The notes under the pieces were generated by a model, which searched no databases, had not been told where the DNA came from, and saw only the letters and a list, made by a program, of their open reading frames with translations. A program made the position numbers and the translations under genes. From Paraspadella gotoi (taxonomy: Eukaryota; Animalia; Chaetognatha): a DNA stretch of 64,000 nt. The stretch is taken from the NCBI GenBank assembly GCA_051294375.1, contig JBJCIZ010000224.1:6054-70053 (forward strand), written 5' to 3'. Shown here piece by piece: positions 11,870 to 23,619 of this stretch (position 1 is its first letter; each line of letters opens with the position of its first letter).

Positions 11870-14800
11870 GAGGTACGCTGTCAAATCTTGCCCAAGAAGG
11901 TCGACCTTGGCCAAAGTCCTAAGTACAAGACTCTGCAAGACAAACCTCCAGTACAAGTATTTCACAAGACCCGTCGGAATCCCCGAGCGGGAGAGGGATT
12001 GCGCGAAAATTGAGGCCAAGCCCGACTCGACGGCGAAGTGGGTCACGTAGATGGCGCTTACGCACGAAACATTGGAACAGTTAAGGACATCCCGTCGCCA
12101 CACCTAAGCCTCCTACCGTCCTTCGTCAACAGAGAGAACGGAGACCTCGGAAAAAGCCTCTTATGGTGATTTGCTCCAAATTCAGAGAGCATATACTATC
12201 ACTATAGTTTGTCTTAACTCTAATTGCAAATCGACCAGAACTCCTATCAATTTTGAAGGGACAGAATCACGGATCTACTCCTACAAACTGCTGTTCTACG
12301 GTTAGAAGTTGAAGGAGCACCTTTCGCGTCACCGTGGTCCCGAGAAAATTCGCCCGTCCCGTTGGTATTTCCATCAGTACATGCTCGTTCCGGCCATTAG
12401 CGAGATCCCGGCGTATGTTGAGGAAGGGCTCTGAGAATTCCGCGACACACTCTCTTTGAATTATCACTAGAATTGCACTCCAGCCGACCCTTGTCATTAT
12501 CCCGGCCAGGTGGACTGGGACTACTTCTCCACGGACGTCCATACATTGTCTATTCGGCGGCGCCTTGACAGCAATACTTTTTCCTGTGATTGCCTCTTCT
12601 GAGCCTTTGCTGACATTCTTTCGATCTAACGCCTACGCTTGGATCGAATGCGCGCAGGAGCTACAAATCTCGGACGAGCGACGACGGGGTTCTTTCGATC
12701 CGACCCCGCTGGTCGGCGGCTGCTTTTGAGAAACTCCGCGATCCAACTTCCGCGTCAAATCTTGTTTATTTCTTTTCGTCAAGTTCCCTCGTCGTCAAGT
12801 CTCAAAATCTCTGACGTGACACAAGATGACCCCCGACCAACTTGGGCCATCGTCATGGTGTGGGAACTTCTGTTGTCAGGCGCAACCGTGGAAGATGCGT
12901 CGGCGCTTCGTTCTATCACGCCTTTAAAGTAATCTTCCTAGTTCGAACCTTCATCTCTGCATTCACCAAAAACCTCTCTCCAGAGCAAGGTCTCTCCCCA
13001 ATCAGACCTCCTCTAAGCAATGTAGACCTTGGGAGAGACATCCCATCTTTCTGTTTTTTGTGCCTGTCAATAACAGCTGCCGTCCCGCCTTAATGGAGTT
13101 TCCGTCCTTGATTCTCGGTCGCTCCGCAATATCCACTTTCCAATATTTCTGCTGTCCTGCTGGAGAGTAGAAAGCTCTTCTCCTTTTCTCGGTGGGCCTC
13201 TGTGGGCCGGGAAGTATCTCCTCTATCTCACCAACTCCGCGCTGTATGAGTGAAGGCCTGGGCGGGTTCCGATGGAGCGAAGCCTAACTTTGATAATTCT
13301 CTATCCGAATTTTGTCTGAAACCTGATGGGGACGCTGCCTGTCCGGCAAAGAATGTGTAAGCAAAGGCCCGCGCACGCTACCCTGGTTTTTCTCAAAAGA
13401 TTCGCCGTCCGCTATCTACGGTCCGCCGATATTTTTCCGCCGCCGAGTCCTTTTCCGTCTGTGCTAAAAAGGTTTCTGGCAGAGGCAAAACTCCGCTGCT
13501 CTCTGCTCGCGCCCCGTCTTCGTTGTCAGTCCTCGCACGCCGCACACATGTTCTCTCGCTCTCGCCATTCCATAATCAATTTGTGAGTCAGATACGGCTA
13601 GAAATTTCTTGGTTGATAGGCGATCAACAACCCGGACGGCGTCGCCCCACGCCTAAACCTCCGCTTGCAGCAGCAGACACTCTCGCTCCTCAGCCGGCGG
13701 TCCCCTGCTGAAAGCTTGCCTGCCGCGCAGCGTGAAGAATAGCCCGCCGGTCGTCTCGAGAAGCCAAGCCGCGCTCCCGTAGATATCGACGCCGTCTGGA
13801 TTCTGATTCGATCCCTCGCGTCCAGTCTCTCTATTCCTCCATAATACCACCGCTTGCTTCTATGCCTGACCAAATTCTCCTCAAACCCCGGCGGCGACCA
13901 AGCGTCCGCCACGAGGCCCATGAGCGACCGCCTTCCTGTCCCCCACCTAGAACAAGCCATCCAAGCTAATGAGGATGCATTCACACTCATTTGAGTTAAC
14001 TTCTCTCTCTTCTCTCTCTCTCTCGATTAATATATATATTAGAAACTTAAATATGGTTCTAATCTATAACAAATACACATATTTAAATGATCTGTTCTTA
14101 CCGTATTGTTCAAAAACCAGAGTTTCAGTTTACTTGCCTATAATTTTCAATTTGTTATCTTTGCCTCTCTATATTGTCTTTTCCACTACCAAGATTCAAC
14201 ACACAGAACTCACGTTTAATAATAATTAGCTGAAACATCTCACAGAAGTAAATAAATGTTATTGACATTCGTTTTTCCTTCGGTTGTTACAAGCTGTGAA
14301 TGGTAAAAGGCGACATTAGTTATTAAATACAAAGGTGACTTGCACGTGAATAATTACATAAAATTCATGTATTTTAGTGGCAAAAGACTATTTCTCAAGC
14401 AACCTCGCTGAGAGCAGTAGAAGGACTCTGCTTTCTGAAATTATTTTTTTTAATTTTTTTTAACTATAACAGGCTTGGCAAGTTTTAAGCAAGAAAGAAC
14501 AATGGAGAGTAATAAGAGAATCTCGCCAACCTACTAATTGTAATTTTTTTCCGTTTATGCAAATACGTAATATAAAATGAATATATTAGCTTGCTACTGA
14601 ATACTCATTATGTTTTTATAATATGTTTCGTGAGCGTATACGAAGAGAGAGCGTTAAAGTAACGGTGAAATTTTAAGAGAATAATTAGTCCACTCGCAAA
14701 ATAAAATGCCTAGATGTAATTGTTACTCTCCTGCCCCAGAGAATTGAGTTTTGTCTAAATTCTCACTGGTCTCTTTGTGACGATCGCAAGGCGCCTGATT

Positions 14801-16300
14801 CCTTTTATCTTAATAAGTCTATATTTGGACAGAGCGTTTAATCAGGGCGAATCCCTCGTCCCCGCGTTATTTCCGCTTTGTTTTCATTGTAACGCCTGAT
14901 TTAGTTTTTGCTTTTTTTTTTTCTAATCGCTTTTCGTTGGTGATTTTTTTTTTTTTTTTTATTTATTGGGTTTTGAAAATTTACTTTGACACTTTCAATC
15001 TCGCCGCAGTACTGAAAGAAAATAAGGAAAATGAGCGGCGATCGCAGCGTTAATTGACTATTGCGTCGAGTATTTCGATGAACACGAAGGGCTACCGAGT
15101 TATGCGCGGTTATCTGCAAGCCCGAATGGCAAACTTACCTCTTCAGGCATGAAGTGGGCCACGCCTTGACCTGTGGAGCTATCAGGACCTAGATCGACCG
15201 AGAGGCTGTGAGACGGACGCGAGAGGAAAGTATTGACTATAGACTTCTTTCTAAGCCTCTTCTTCGGTCATGTGCTGCTCTTCTGGTCCTTCCTACACGG
15301 TTATACATAAGTGGCGACGGCCCACACTATGAAGTTCAGCACCCGACTCTCACCAGTTCGCAGGAAGAAGTCTATAGATAGTTTCAAACCGATTCGTTGG
15401 CGTATCCTGGCAGAGTAAGCAGAGAATCCAACGTTCCGGAAGTCCTCCGAGGCGAGACAGGTTGAGGGAGTTTGTGTCAGAACTGAGGACCGCCTGTTAT
15501 GTGTAAGTTCCGCGTTTGAGCGCGGGTTCCGCAGTCCTGCCGGATGCGGGGCGATGGTCGAGCCTCGCGCAGTGTACTCTTTTCTTTTGTCATTCACCTT
15601 ATTAACCAACTTTTCCTTTTTCCTCGTATCGGCCTCGTTGCTCTTTCTTTCCTCCACGTCACCTTCTTTTCTTTTTCTTTCCAATCCTTTCTTTTTTCCC
15701 CCCCTCTCCCTTTCTTTTCCCGCATTATCACCACTGGGTATAGTCTTATCCTTTTCGGCTTCGACCACTTCTCATTCTTCTCTTCTTTCCTTTTTCTTTT
15801 GTTTTTTTTTTTTCAAGTTTAACAGAGCTCAAACGACTTGTCGCTATTTACCGTCATTCGTCTCCTGTTTTCCTCCAACTTATTTTCTTCTTTAAAAACC
15901 GCGACGATTCTGCCCTCCATAGAATTTTTCCTTGTGTATTTCCGCACCTCCGCTTTATTTCTTTTTCGAATTGTTCATCATCTCATTCCTTCTATTGACC
16001 TTTTCCTAGTCCATTTCTTTTTCCCTGACTACATTAAATCGCCGTTCGCTTTTTTTTTTCATTTTCCATTTTCTCTGGCCGTTGCAGTATAGAGACAGCC
16101 CTGGATATTCCGCGTAGCTTCTTCTTTTGGTTTCACATTTGAGGTTTATGTCTTTCCCTCCCATGACTTCCATTTCGGACAGGCTCGCTTCCGTCCGCTC
16201 CTCGGTCTTAGCGCTCGGCTTCGTTTCTCGTTCGCTCTGCCTATCCTCGATCCTCATTCTTCGTTTCTTCCTCTCTAATTCTCAGAGAACGACACTCATG
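11870..16300 (-). other. Low-accuracy reverse-complement copy of block A (collinear with ~55.2-58.0 kb)
   Basis: Ordered noisy anchors: gaaaattcg 12343 ~ 55577; gaccccgctggtcggcggctg 12702 ~ 56089; caatatttct 13141 ~ 56523; ctctgctcgcgccccgtcttc 13501 ~ 56917. The match is weaker beyond ~14.5 kb. Confidence 0.5.
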
Positions 16301-16479
16301 TGTTAGTCGAGCGACAATACAGTTGTTTATCTCGTGCCCAAGGCCTATTGGAGGCTGCCCCGCACCTGTCAATGCCCTCCATTTTCTTCTCTTTTCCTGT
16401 CTTTTTTTTGGCTTCTCATGCCCTTCGCTGCCGTGATGTCACGCGGGGCGTGACACATGCATACTACGACTTGACAACG

Positions 16480-16827
16480 CGAAAGTAGAACTTTGCCTTA
16501 AGCTGCCGTAGTACCCGCTTGACTAACCATGGCACTGCATCAAAAGTTGCCTACCTGCTGATCCATCAATAGCGGAGGACTGATAGAGTGCATGCGCGTG
16601 GTTGTAGATTTCTATTTTTAGTTTTTAAGAATTTCCTGAAGGTTGGCGGCTCGCAGTGCCGCTTAGATTTGAGATTTTTTGTCTTAACAAAAATAGCAAA
16701 CAAACTATAGGCAAATTCTATGGCCATTTTAACGTAAGCGGGACAAGACTGACGGTAGAAAGACGCGACCGACCGACCGAAGTGACTTATAGAAGTTCCT
16801 TGCGAGTACTGCGCAGCGCAACTAAAA
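16480..16827 (-). mobile_element. HINE member 1, second (noisier) rendering including the terminal hairpin end
   Basis: Near-identical to 11690-11868 (ttagatttgagattttttgtcttaacaaaa.tagcaaacaa.ctataggcaaattctatg), then gaccgaccgaccgaagtgacttatag...gcgagtactgcgcagcgcaactaaaa. Confidence 0.65.
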
Positions 16828-16857
16828 TAATCGCTTTATGATGTTGTGGAGAGAGAG

Positions 16858-16929
<72 letters not shown>

Positions 16930-17254
16930 AGAGAGCACGAGAAAAATGGGGGTTGAGGCGACGTGCCGGGGAGTCGACGTAGGGCGAAAAAAAAAAAATC
17001 GAACACAAAGAAACGAAATTTGAGCGGAGTTTTCTGCCGCGTTTTTTCGACGCGCTTATCGCTAATCTCTATCTATATTTTTCTCTTTCTCTTCTCTCTT
17101 CGTCTCTCTCTCTCCTTCTCTCTCTCCCTGCAGACGGCGTCGGTCGAGAATTTGTCATTTTTGCCACATTTTCCAATTCGCGTGGTGATTTAGAGTCGCG
17201 CCGCATCCGATCGCATGGAACACGAGCCGTCGCTTTGGCGGAAAAGATGGAGGA

Positions 17255-17812
17255 TCGAAAGGGGAGGGAGATGGGAAAAGACCTGGGATGGGGAATGGGA
17301 TGGAGGAAAAGGGAAGGAGATGGAAAGATGGGATGGAAATGGGATAGGAAGGCGGGAGGGAGATGGGGAAAGATGGGAATGGGAATGGATGAGGAAGGGG
17401 AGGGAGATGGGGGTAAGGATGGGATGGGGATGGGATTGTAATGTGAAGGGGAGGGAGATGGGAAAGATGGGAATGGGGACTGGGATTGAGGAGGGAGCGA
17501 GATGGGAAAGATGGGATGGGATGGGAATGAGGAAAGGGAGAGAGATGGTTAAGGATGCANNNNNNNNNNNNNNNNNNNNNNNNNAGATGGGATGGGGATG
17601 GGATGAGGAAAGGGAGGAGATGGGAAAGATGGGATGGAGATGCGATAAGGAATGGAAAGAGATGTGAAAGAAGGGTTGGAGATGGGATGAGGAAGGGAAG
17701 GAGATGGGAAAGATGGGATGGAGTTGGGAAAAGAAAGGAGGAGATGGGGATTAGAGACGGGCAAGGAAGGGATAGAGATGGAGGATTAGAGATGGAATGA
17801 GGATGAGGAGGA
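17255..17812 (+). repeat. Purine-rich degenerate minisatellite built on GATGG/GGGAT (unit ~40 bp, gagatgggaaagatgggatgg...gatgaggaaggg)
   Basis: gagatgggaaaga recurs at ~17268, 17455, 17498, 17617 and 17701; dense GGG runs. Confidence 0.85.
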
Positions 17813-18000
17813 GATTCCATCTTCCCCGACGCCATCTTTGTTTTTTTCTTCCATCTTCGTCGTAATTTGATGCCAACGATCGTTTTTGTTTATAGAAAAT
17901 GCAAACAAATTTTTCAAATCCAACTTTTTATATCTAAAGAGTTGTATATCTATTATTATTAAGGTCTCAAGGTTTGCAAGTTTGGCACTAACTTCTCACC

Positions 18001-18072
18001 TGTCAATGTCATTAATGTCAATGTCATTAAAGTCATAAATGTCATTAATGTCATTAATATCAATGTCATTAA
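18001..18072. repeat. 9-bp tandem repeat (aatgtcatt)n, imperfect
   Basis: Seen directly, ~7 units. Confidence 0.85.
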
Positions 18073-19137
18073 TCAATCAATTTAATTCTGTTTCTCTACA
18101 TCTTCCTCCTCCGCCTCCTCCTCCTCTTCCTCCTCCTCCTCCTCCTCCTCTTTATCTTCCTCTCCATTTTGAATTAGTGACTTTCTTTACTCTTTTCCTC
18201 TAAACTTTCCCAAGTCGATGATTTTCCCTTTTATATTTTTTTCCCGCCAAAAATGCGTGTTTATGTCGTTAACGCCGGTAACGTCAAGAGAGAGAGAGAA
18301 AGAGAGAGAGTGAGAGAGAGAGAGATAGAGAGAGAGAGAGNNNNNNNNNNNNNNNNNNNNNNNNNNNNNNNNNNNNNNNNNNNNNNNNNNNNNNNNNNNN
18401 NNNNNNNNNNNNNNNNNNNNNNNNNNNNNNNNNNNNNNNNNNNNNNNNNNNNNNNNNNNNNNNNNNNNNNNNNNNNNNNNNNNNNNNNNNNNNNNNNNNN
18501 NNNNNNNNNNNNNNNNNNNNNNNNNTGATGATGATGATGATGATGATGATGTTGATGATGATGGTTTTGACAACAACGATAAAAAAATAGTATGAAAGCA
18601 AGTAAATCGTAGTAAAATAAAAAAAGTAATAAGTGATACAAACGTAAAAATTATGGTGTATGTATAAATTATAAACAATAAAAAAAGGAAAGGAAAATAG
18701 AAAAAAGGTCAAAAAAACAGAAAGAGGAAATAAAGGAAAAGGAACTTGAAGAAGAAAGAGAAACAGAAAGAGAAACAGAAAGAGGAAAGGAACTTGAAGA
18801 AGAATCGCGGAGCAAAGAAAAGAGAAGAGGAAAGAGAAAGTCGAGTCAATTAATCAGGAGAGAAAGAGAGGAAGATATAAAAAGGGGATTTAAAAAAAAA
18901 AAAAAAAATTCGACATGTTATAACTTATAAATAAGGAAGATAGAAAATTAAGTAGATGAATAATAAAAAGTAGTGTTATAAAAAGGAAAGCGTTAGAAAA
19001 AAAAGAGGAAAAGACAAAGGAAAAGTTAAACCAACAGAGTTTAAAATTACGGAAAATACTGAAAAACTCCGGAAGGAAAGATTGAAGGAAAGAAGAGAAG
19101 CCCTTTTTCTATGCGAGGATAAAAAGAAGGCGAAAAA

Positions 19138-19266
19138 AGAAGAAGAAGAAGAAGAAGAAGAAGAAGAAGAAGAAGAAGAAGAAGAAGAAGAAGAAGAAGA
19201 AGAAGAAGAAGAAGAAGAAGAAGAAGAAGAAGAAGAAGAAGAAGAAGAAGAAGAAGAAGAAGAAGA
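19138..19266. repeat. (GAA)n microsatellite, ~43 units
   Basis: Seen directly; gives the poly-E/poly-F ORFs. Confidence 0.97.
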
Positions 19267-19440
19267 GAAAAAAAAGAGAAGTTTTAGCGGAAGGAGAAAA
19301 AAAAGTGAGGGAAGCGAAAGTGGAATTCGACGAACGACGAAGACAAAAGACGAGGAAGACTAAAGACGAAGACGAAAGGCGAAGACGAAAGGCGAAGTAG
19401 TAGTCGACGAGTGAAAAAGGAAACAAATGTTTTAAATGAA

Positions 19441-19556
19441 AACGACAAAGATGACAACTCCGAGGCGAATGGTGAAAGACAAGCGGCAAAGAAGAAAGGA
19501 CGAACGGCGAACGCCAACGACGAAAATGATGACTCCGAGGCAAAAGGCGAAAGACA
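19441..19556 (+). repeat. 75-bp tandem repeat running into a gap, possibly coding (25-aa acidic unit)
   Basis: actccgaggc at 19457 and 19532 (period 75). The open frame reads NDKDDNSEANGERQAAKKKGRTANA / NDENDDSEAKGER. Confidence 0.5.
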
Positions 19557-21047
19557 NNNNNNNNNNNNNNNNNNNNNNNNNNNNNNNNNNNNNNNNNNNN
19601 NNNNNNNNNNNNNNNNNNNNNNNNNNNNNNNNNNNNNNNNNNNNNNNNNNNNNNNNNNNNNNNNNNNNNNNNNNNNNNNNNNNNNNNNNNNNNNNNNNNN
19701 NNNNNNNNNNNNNNNNNNNNNNNNNNNNNNNNNNNNNNNNNNNNNNNNNNNNNNNNNNNNNNNNNNNNNNNNNNNNNNNNNNNNNNNNNNNNNNNNNNNN
19801 NNNNNNNNNNNNNNNNNNNNNNNNNNNNNNNNNNNNNNNNNNNNNNNNNNNNNNNNNNNNNNNNNNNNNNNNNNNNNNNNNNNNNNNNNNNNNNNNNNNN
19901 NNNNNNNNNNNNNNNNNNNNNNNNNNNNNNNNNNNNNNNNNNNNNNNNNNNNNNNNNNNNNNNNNNNNNNNNNNNNNNNNNNNNNNNNNNNNNNNNNNNN
20001 NNNNNNNNNNNNNNNNNNNNNNNNNNNNNNNNNNNNNNNNNNNNNNNNNNNNNNNNNNNNNNNNNNNNNNNNNNNNNNNNNNNNNNNNNNNNNNNNNNNN
20101 NNNNNNNNNNNNNNNNNNNNNNNNNNNNNNNNNNNNNNNNNNNNNNNNNNNNNNNNNNNNNNNNNNNNNNNNNNNNNNNNNNNNNNNNNNNNNNNNNNNN
20201 NNNNNNNNNNNNNNNNNNNNNNNNNNNNNNNNNNNNNNNNNNNNNNNNNNNNNNNNNNNNNNNNNNNNNNNNNNNNNNNNNNNNNNNNNNNNNNNNNNNN
20301 NNNNNNNNNNNNNNNNNNNNNNNNNNNNNNNNNNNNNNNNNNNNNNNNNNNNNNNNNNNNNNNNNNNNNNNNNNNNNNNNNNNNNNNNNNNNNNNNNNNN
20401 NNNNNNNNNNNNNNNNNNNNNNNNNNNNNNNTGGGGAATTAGGAAGATAGTGAGGGAATATATGAAGAACGGAAAAAGAGGGAAAGAAAAGTGAATGGGA
20501 TGGAGAATTAAAATGAGATGAAGAACTATTGGAATATCAAGAAAAGAAAGAAAATATTAGAGACGGAGATAAAGAGATGTCGCTTTGCGCGGAGGAAAAT
20601 CGCCTTGCTGAAATAAAAGAACATCGAAGAGTAATTTCGTAAGAAAGAATCAAAGAAAGAGTGAAAATTTTGGTTTACAAAGAAATTGACGTCGATTATT
20701 TTTCCTTTTTGAAGGGAAAATTGTTTTGAACCGTTTAAATTTAACGCTTAAAAATTATTAAAACAGTAAAATATGAATTAATTACACTACTAAATCGCTA
20801 GAAAAGTGAAACTTAAAAACCCTGTAATTAGGAATGTGACATGATTTGATGCGATATGATGATATTTCTTAATGTATTCAACATTACGCCCCCTCGTAAA
20901 TTTTCGGATTCACGGTTCTTTTTTTTTGTTTAAATTTAAATTTAATATTTAAAATTTCTAAAACGAGGAGTCGAACTCGTGACCAGAGAATTCGATTATA
21001 AAGAGCAGACGAAGCTAATTAACTTCGCCCGCGCCCTCTGGTCGATG

Positions 21048-21048
<1 letters not shown>

Positions 21049-21100
<52 letters not shown>
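21049..21100. repeat. (TCG)n microsatellite; another (GAC)n at 63066-63114 and many shorter tracts
   Basis: Seen directly. Confidence 0.95.
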
Positions 21101-21102
<2 letters not shown>

Positions 21103-22079
21103 GGACGCCATTTTTGCCAAGAAGCGAAATTTCATTTCGAGCGAAAATTCGTCTCGTTAAAAAAAAAAATAATAACCGGCGAATATAAACAAAAAAGAAA
21201 CAAACTAAAAATAAACCAAAAAAAATAGAAGACGATGTGGNNNNNNNNNNNNNNNNNNNNNNNNNNNNNNNNNNNNNNNNNNNNNNNNNNNNNNNNNNNN
21301 NNNNNNNNNNNNNNNNNNNNNNNNNNNNNNNNNNNNNNNNNNNNNNNNNNNNNNNNNNNNNNNNNNNNNNNNNNNNNNNNNNNNNNNNNNNNNNNNNNNN
21401 NNNNNNNNNNNNNNNNNNNNNNNNNNNNNNNNNNNNNNNNNNNNNNNNNNGAGAGAGAGAGAGAGAGAGAGCGTCGTCATCAGACTTGGCTCGTTTTAAA
21501 TCGTTGGCGAAACAACAATCGACGTTGTGAAAGTGAAGCTTCGTTTGGGTCAGAAATTTCTTGGTTTAACCAACTTTGTGAATTTCACCAAGTACTTAGT
21601 CTCATTGTGAAAATCAGAAGCCTTTCCTCCTTCGTCACAATTAACGCACATGACGTCTTTTCTTTTAATTTCAACCTCGCCCACTTTCACTGCTCACATT
21701 CCGTCCCAGTCTTTTCATGCTCACCCCAACTTTCTTTTTCCGGGATTCCAGCTGCCACAATCAGTGTCTGGATCTCTCTCTCTCTCTCTCTCTNNNNNNN
21801 NNNNNNNNNNNNNNNNNNNNNNNNNNNNNNNNNNNNNNNNNNNNNNNNNNNNNNNNNNNNNNNNNNNNNNNNNNNNNNNNNNNNNNNNNNNNNNNNNNNN
21901 NNNNNNNNNNNNNNNNNNNNNNNNNNNNNTCTCTCCTTTGAAGTTTGATAATCGCAAAAGAAAGTTCATCGCACGAACGAATCCCCGTCAGCATCGGGCG
22001 CCGACGCCACCTGTCAGCACCTGTCTTTTTCCTTATAATTCGCGTGTGTCGTCAGTGACCCAACTCCCAATCACTTCCA

Positions 22080-22405
22080 AGCTGCACCTGTCATTGACCG
22101 CAAATTCCTTCGACATTAAAGAATCCCCTCAGTCCTGTCATTGACCTGCACCTCTCATTGGCCTGCATCTGTCATTGACCGCGAATTTCTTCCACTTTAA
22201 AAAATGCCCTCAATCATGTCATTAACCTGCACCTGTCATTGACATGCACCTGTCATTGATTGATCCTGTCATAGACCGCGAATTTCTTCGACATTAAAGA
22301 ATCCTCTCAATCCTGTCATTGACCTGCACCTATCATTGACATGCATCTGACATTGAACTGCACTTGGCATTGACCGCAAATTTCTTCGACATTAAAGAAT
22401 CCCTT
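22080..22405. repeat. Hierarchical minisatellite: four ~80-100-bp units, each made of ~17-bp subrepeats (ctgtcattgacctgcac) plus a ccgcgaatttcttcgacattaaagaatccc tail
   Basis: Tail motif at ~22114, 22196, 22293 and 22391; tcattgac recurs about ten times. Confidence 0.9.
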
Positions 22406-22504
22406 CGATCTCGTTATCTTTCCCCTACCGAGGAGATAAATCTCTCATAGCGTCTCACCTCGTGGAGATTTGGAGAGACGAACGATTTAACGAGAGAAGA
22501 AATG

Positions 22505-22790
22505 AAGGACGGAACAAACGAAATAACGAACGGAGGAAAGAACGAAATAACGAACGGAGGAAAGAACGAAATAACGAACGGAGGAAAGAAGAAATAATGA
22601 ACGGAGGAACAAACGAAATAACGAACGGAGGAAAGAACGAAATAACGAACGGAGGAAAGAACGAAATAACGAACGGAGGAAAGAACGAAATAACGAACGG
22701 AGGAAAGAACGAAATAACGAACGAAGGAACAAATGAAACAACGAACGAAGGAACAAATGAAATAACGAACGGAGGATCCAACGAAATAAG
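22505..22790 (+). repeat. 24-bp minisatellite (aacgaaataacgaacggaggaaag), ~11-12 copies
   Basis: Seen directly; gives the NEITNGGK / NNERRKER / FLRSLFRS periodic ORFs. Confidence 0.95.
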
Positions 22791-23019
22791 GAAAGAACGA
22801 AGAAATAAATGAAATTGATTAATATAAAAAAAATTTAATTAAAGTTAATCCATTTAGAGCCAGACAAAACAAGCTAATTATTTCGACCTACATTTATGTA
22901 AAATCTCAAAATCAATAAAAAAAACTTTATAATTGCAATCTTTCATTTTTGTAAATTAGTATATGTAAAATATTTTTTCTTTACCATTATTTTCGCTACA
23001 TTTCTGCGCATTTCCTTTC

Positions 23020-23497
23020 TTTTCTCCTTTCCTTCACTTTTCCTTTTATTTCTCCTTTCCTCCACTTTTCCTTTTCTTTCTCCTTTCCTCCACTTTTTTA
23101 TGCTTTCCTCCACTTTTCCTTTTCTTTCTCCTTTTCTCCACTTTTTCTTTTTTTCTCCTTGTCTCCACTTTTCCTTTTCTTTCTCCTTTTTTTCACTTTT
23201 CTTTTTATTTCTCCTTTCCTCCACTTTTTTATGCTTTCCTNNNNNNNNNNNNNNNNNNNNNNNNNNNNNNNNNNNNNNNNNNNNNNNNNNNNNNNNNNNN
23301 NNNNNNNNNNNNNNNNNNNNNNNNNNNNNNNNNNNNNNNNNNNNNNNNNNNNNNNNNNNNNNNNNNNNNNNNNNNNNNNNNNNNNNNNNNNNNNNNNNNN
23401 NNNNNNNNNNNNNNNNNNNNNNNNNNNNNNNNNNNNNNNNNNNNNNNNNNNNNNNNNNACTTTTCCTTTTCTTTCTCCTTTCCTCCACTTTTCCTTT
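23020..23497. repeat. ~28-bp pyrimidine minisatellite (ttttccttttctttctcctttcctccac); inverted copy at 58012-58420
   Basis: Seen directly on both sides of the 23241-23458 gap and as (gtggaggaaaggagaaagaaaaggaaaa)n at 58.0-58.4 kb. Confidence 0.9.
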
Positions 23498-23588
23498 TTT
23501 CGTCGCCGGAATCGACGTCTAAAAAAAGAAGAAAAAAAATTCGTTGGCTTCGACTGTAGACGCTGACGACAACAACAACTACAACGAA

Positions 23589-23619
<31 letters not shown>

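Noticed and set aside
12121-12160. Second adapter-like string (tcaacagagagaacggagacctcggaaaaag)
   Set aside because: Better explained as a noisy copy of aagacagagaaaaacctc from HINE member 2; no clear fold-back symmetry centred on it.
22455-22812. CRISPR-like array or repeat-protein ORF (NEITNGGK)n
   Set aside because: Head-to-tail 24-bp units with no unique spacers, no cas genes, eukaryotic context; open in several frames on both strands.
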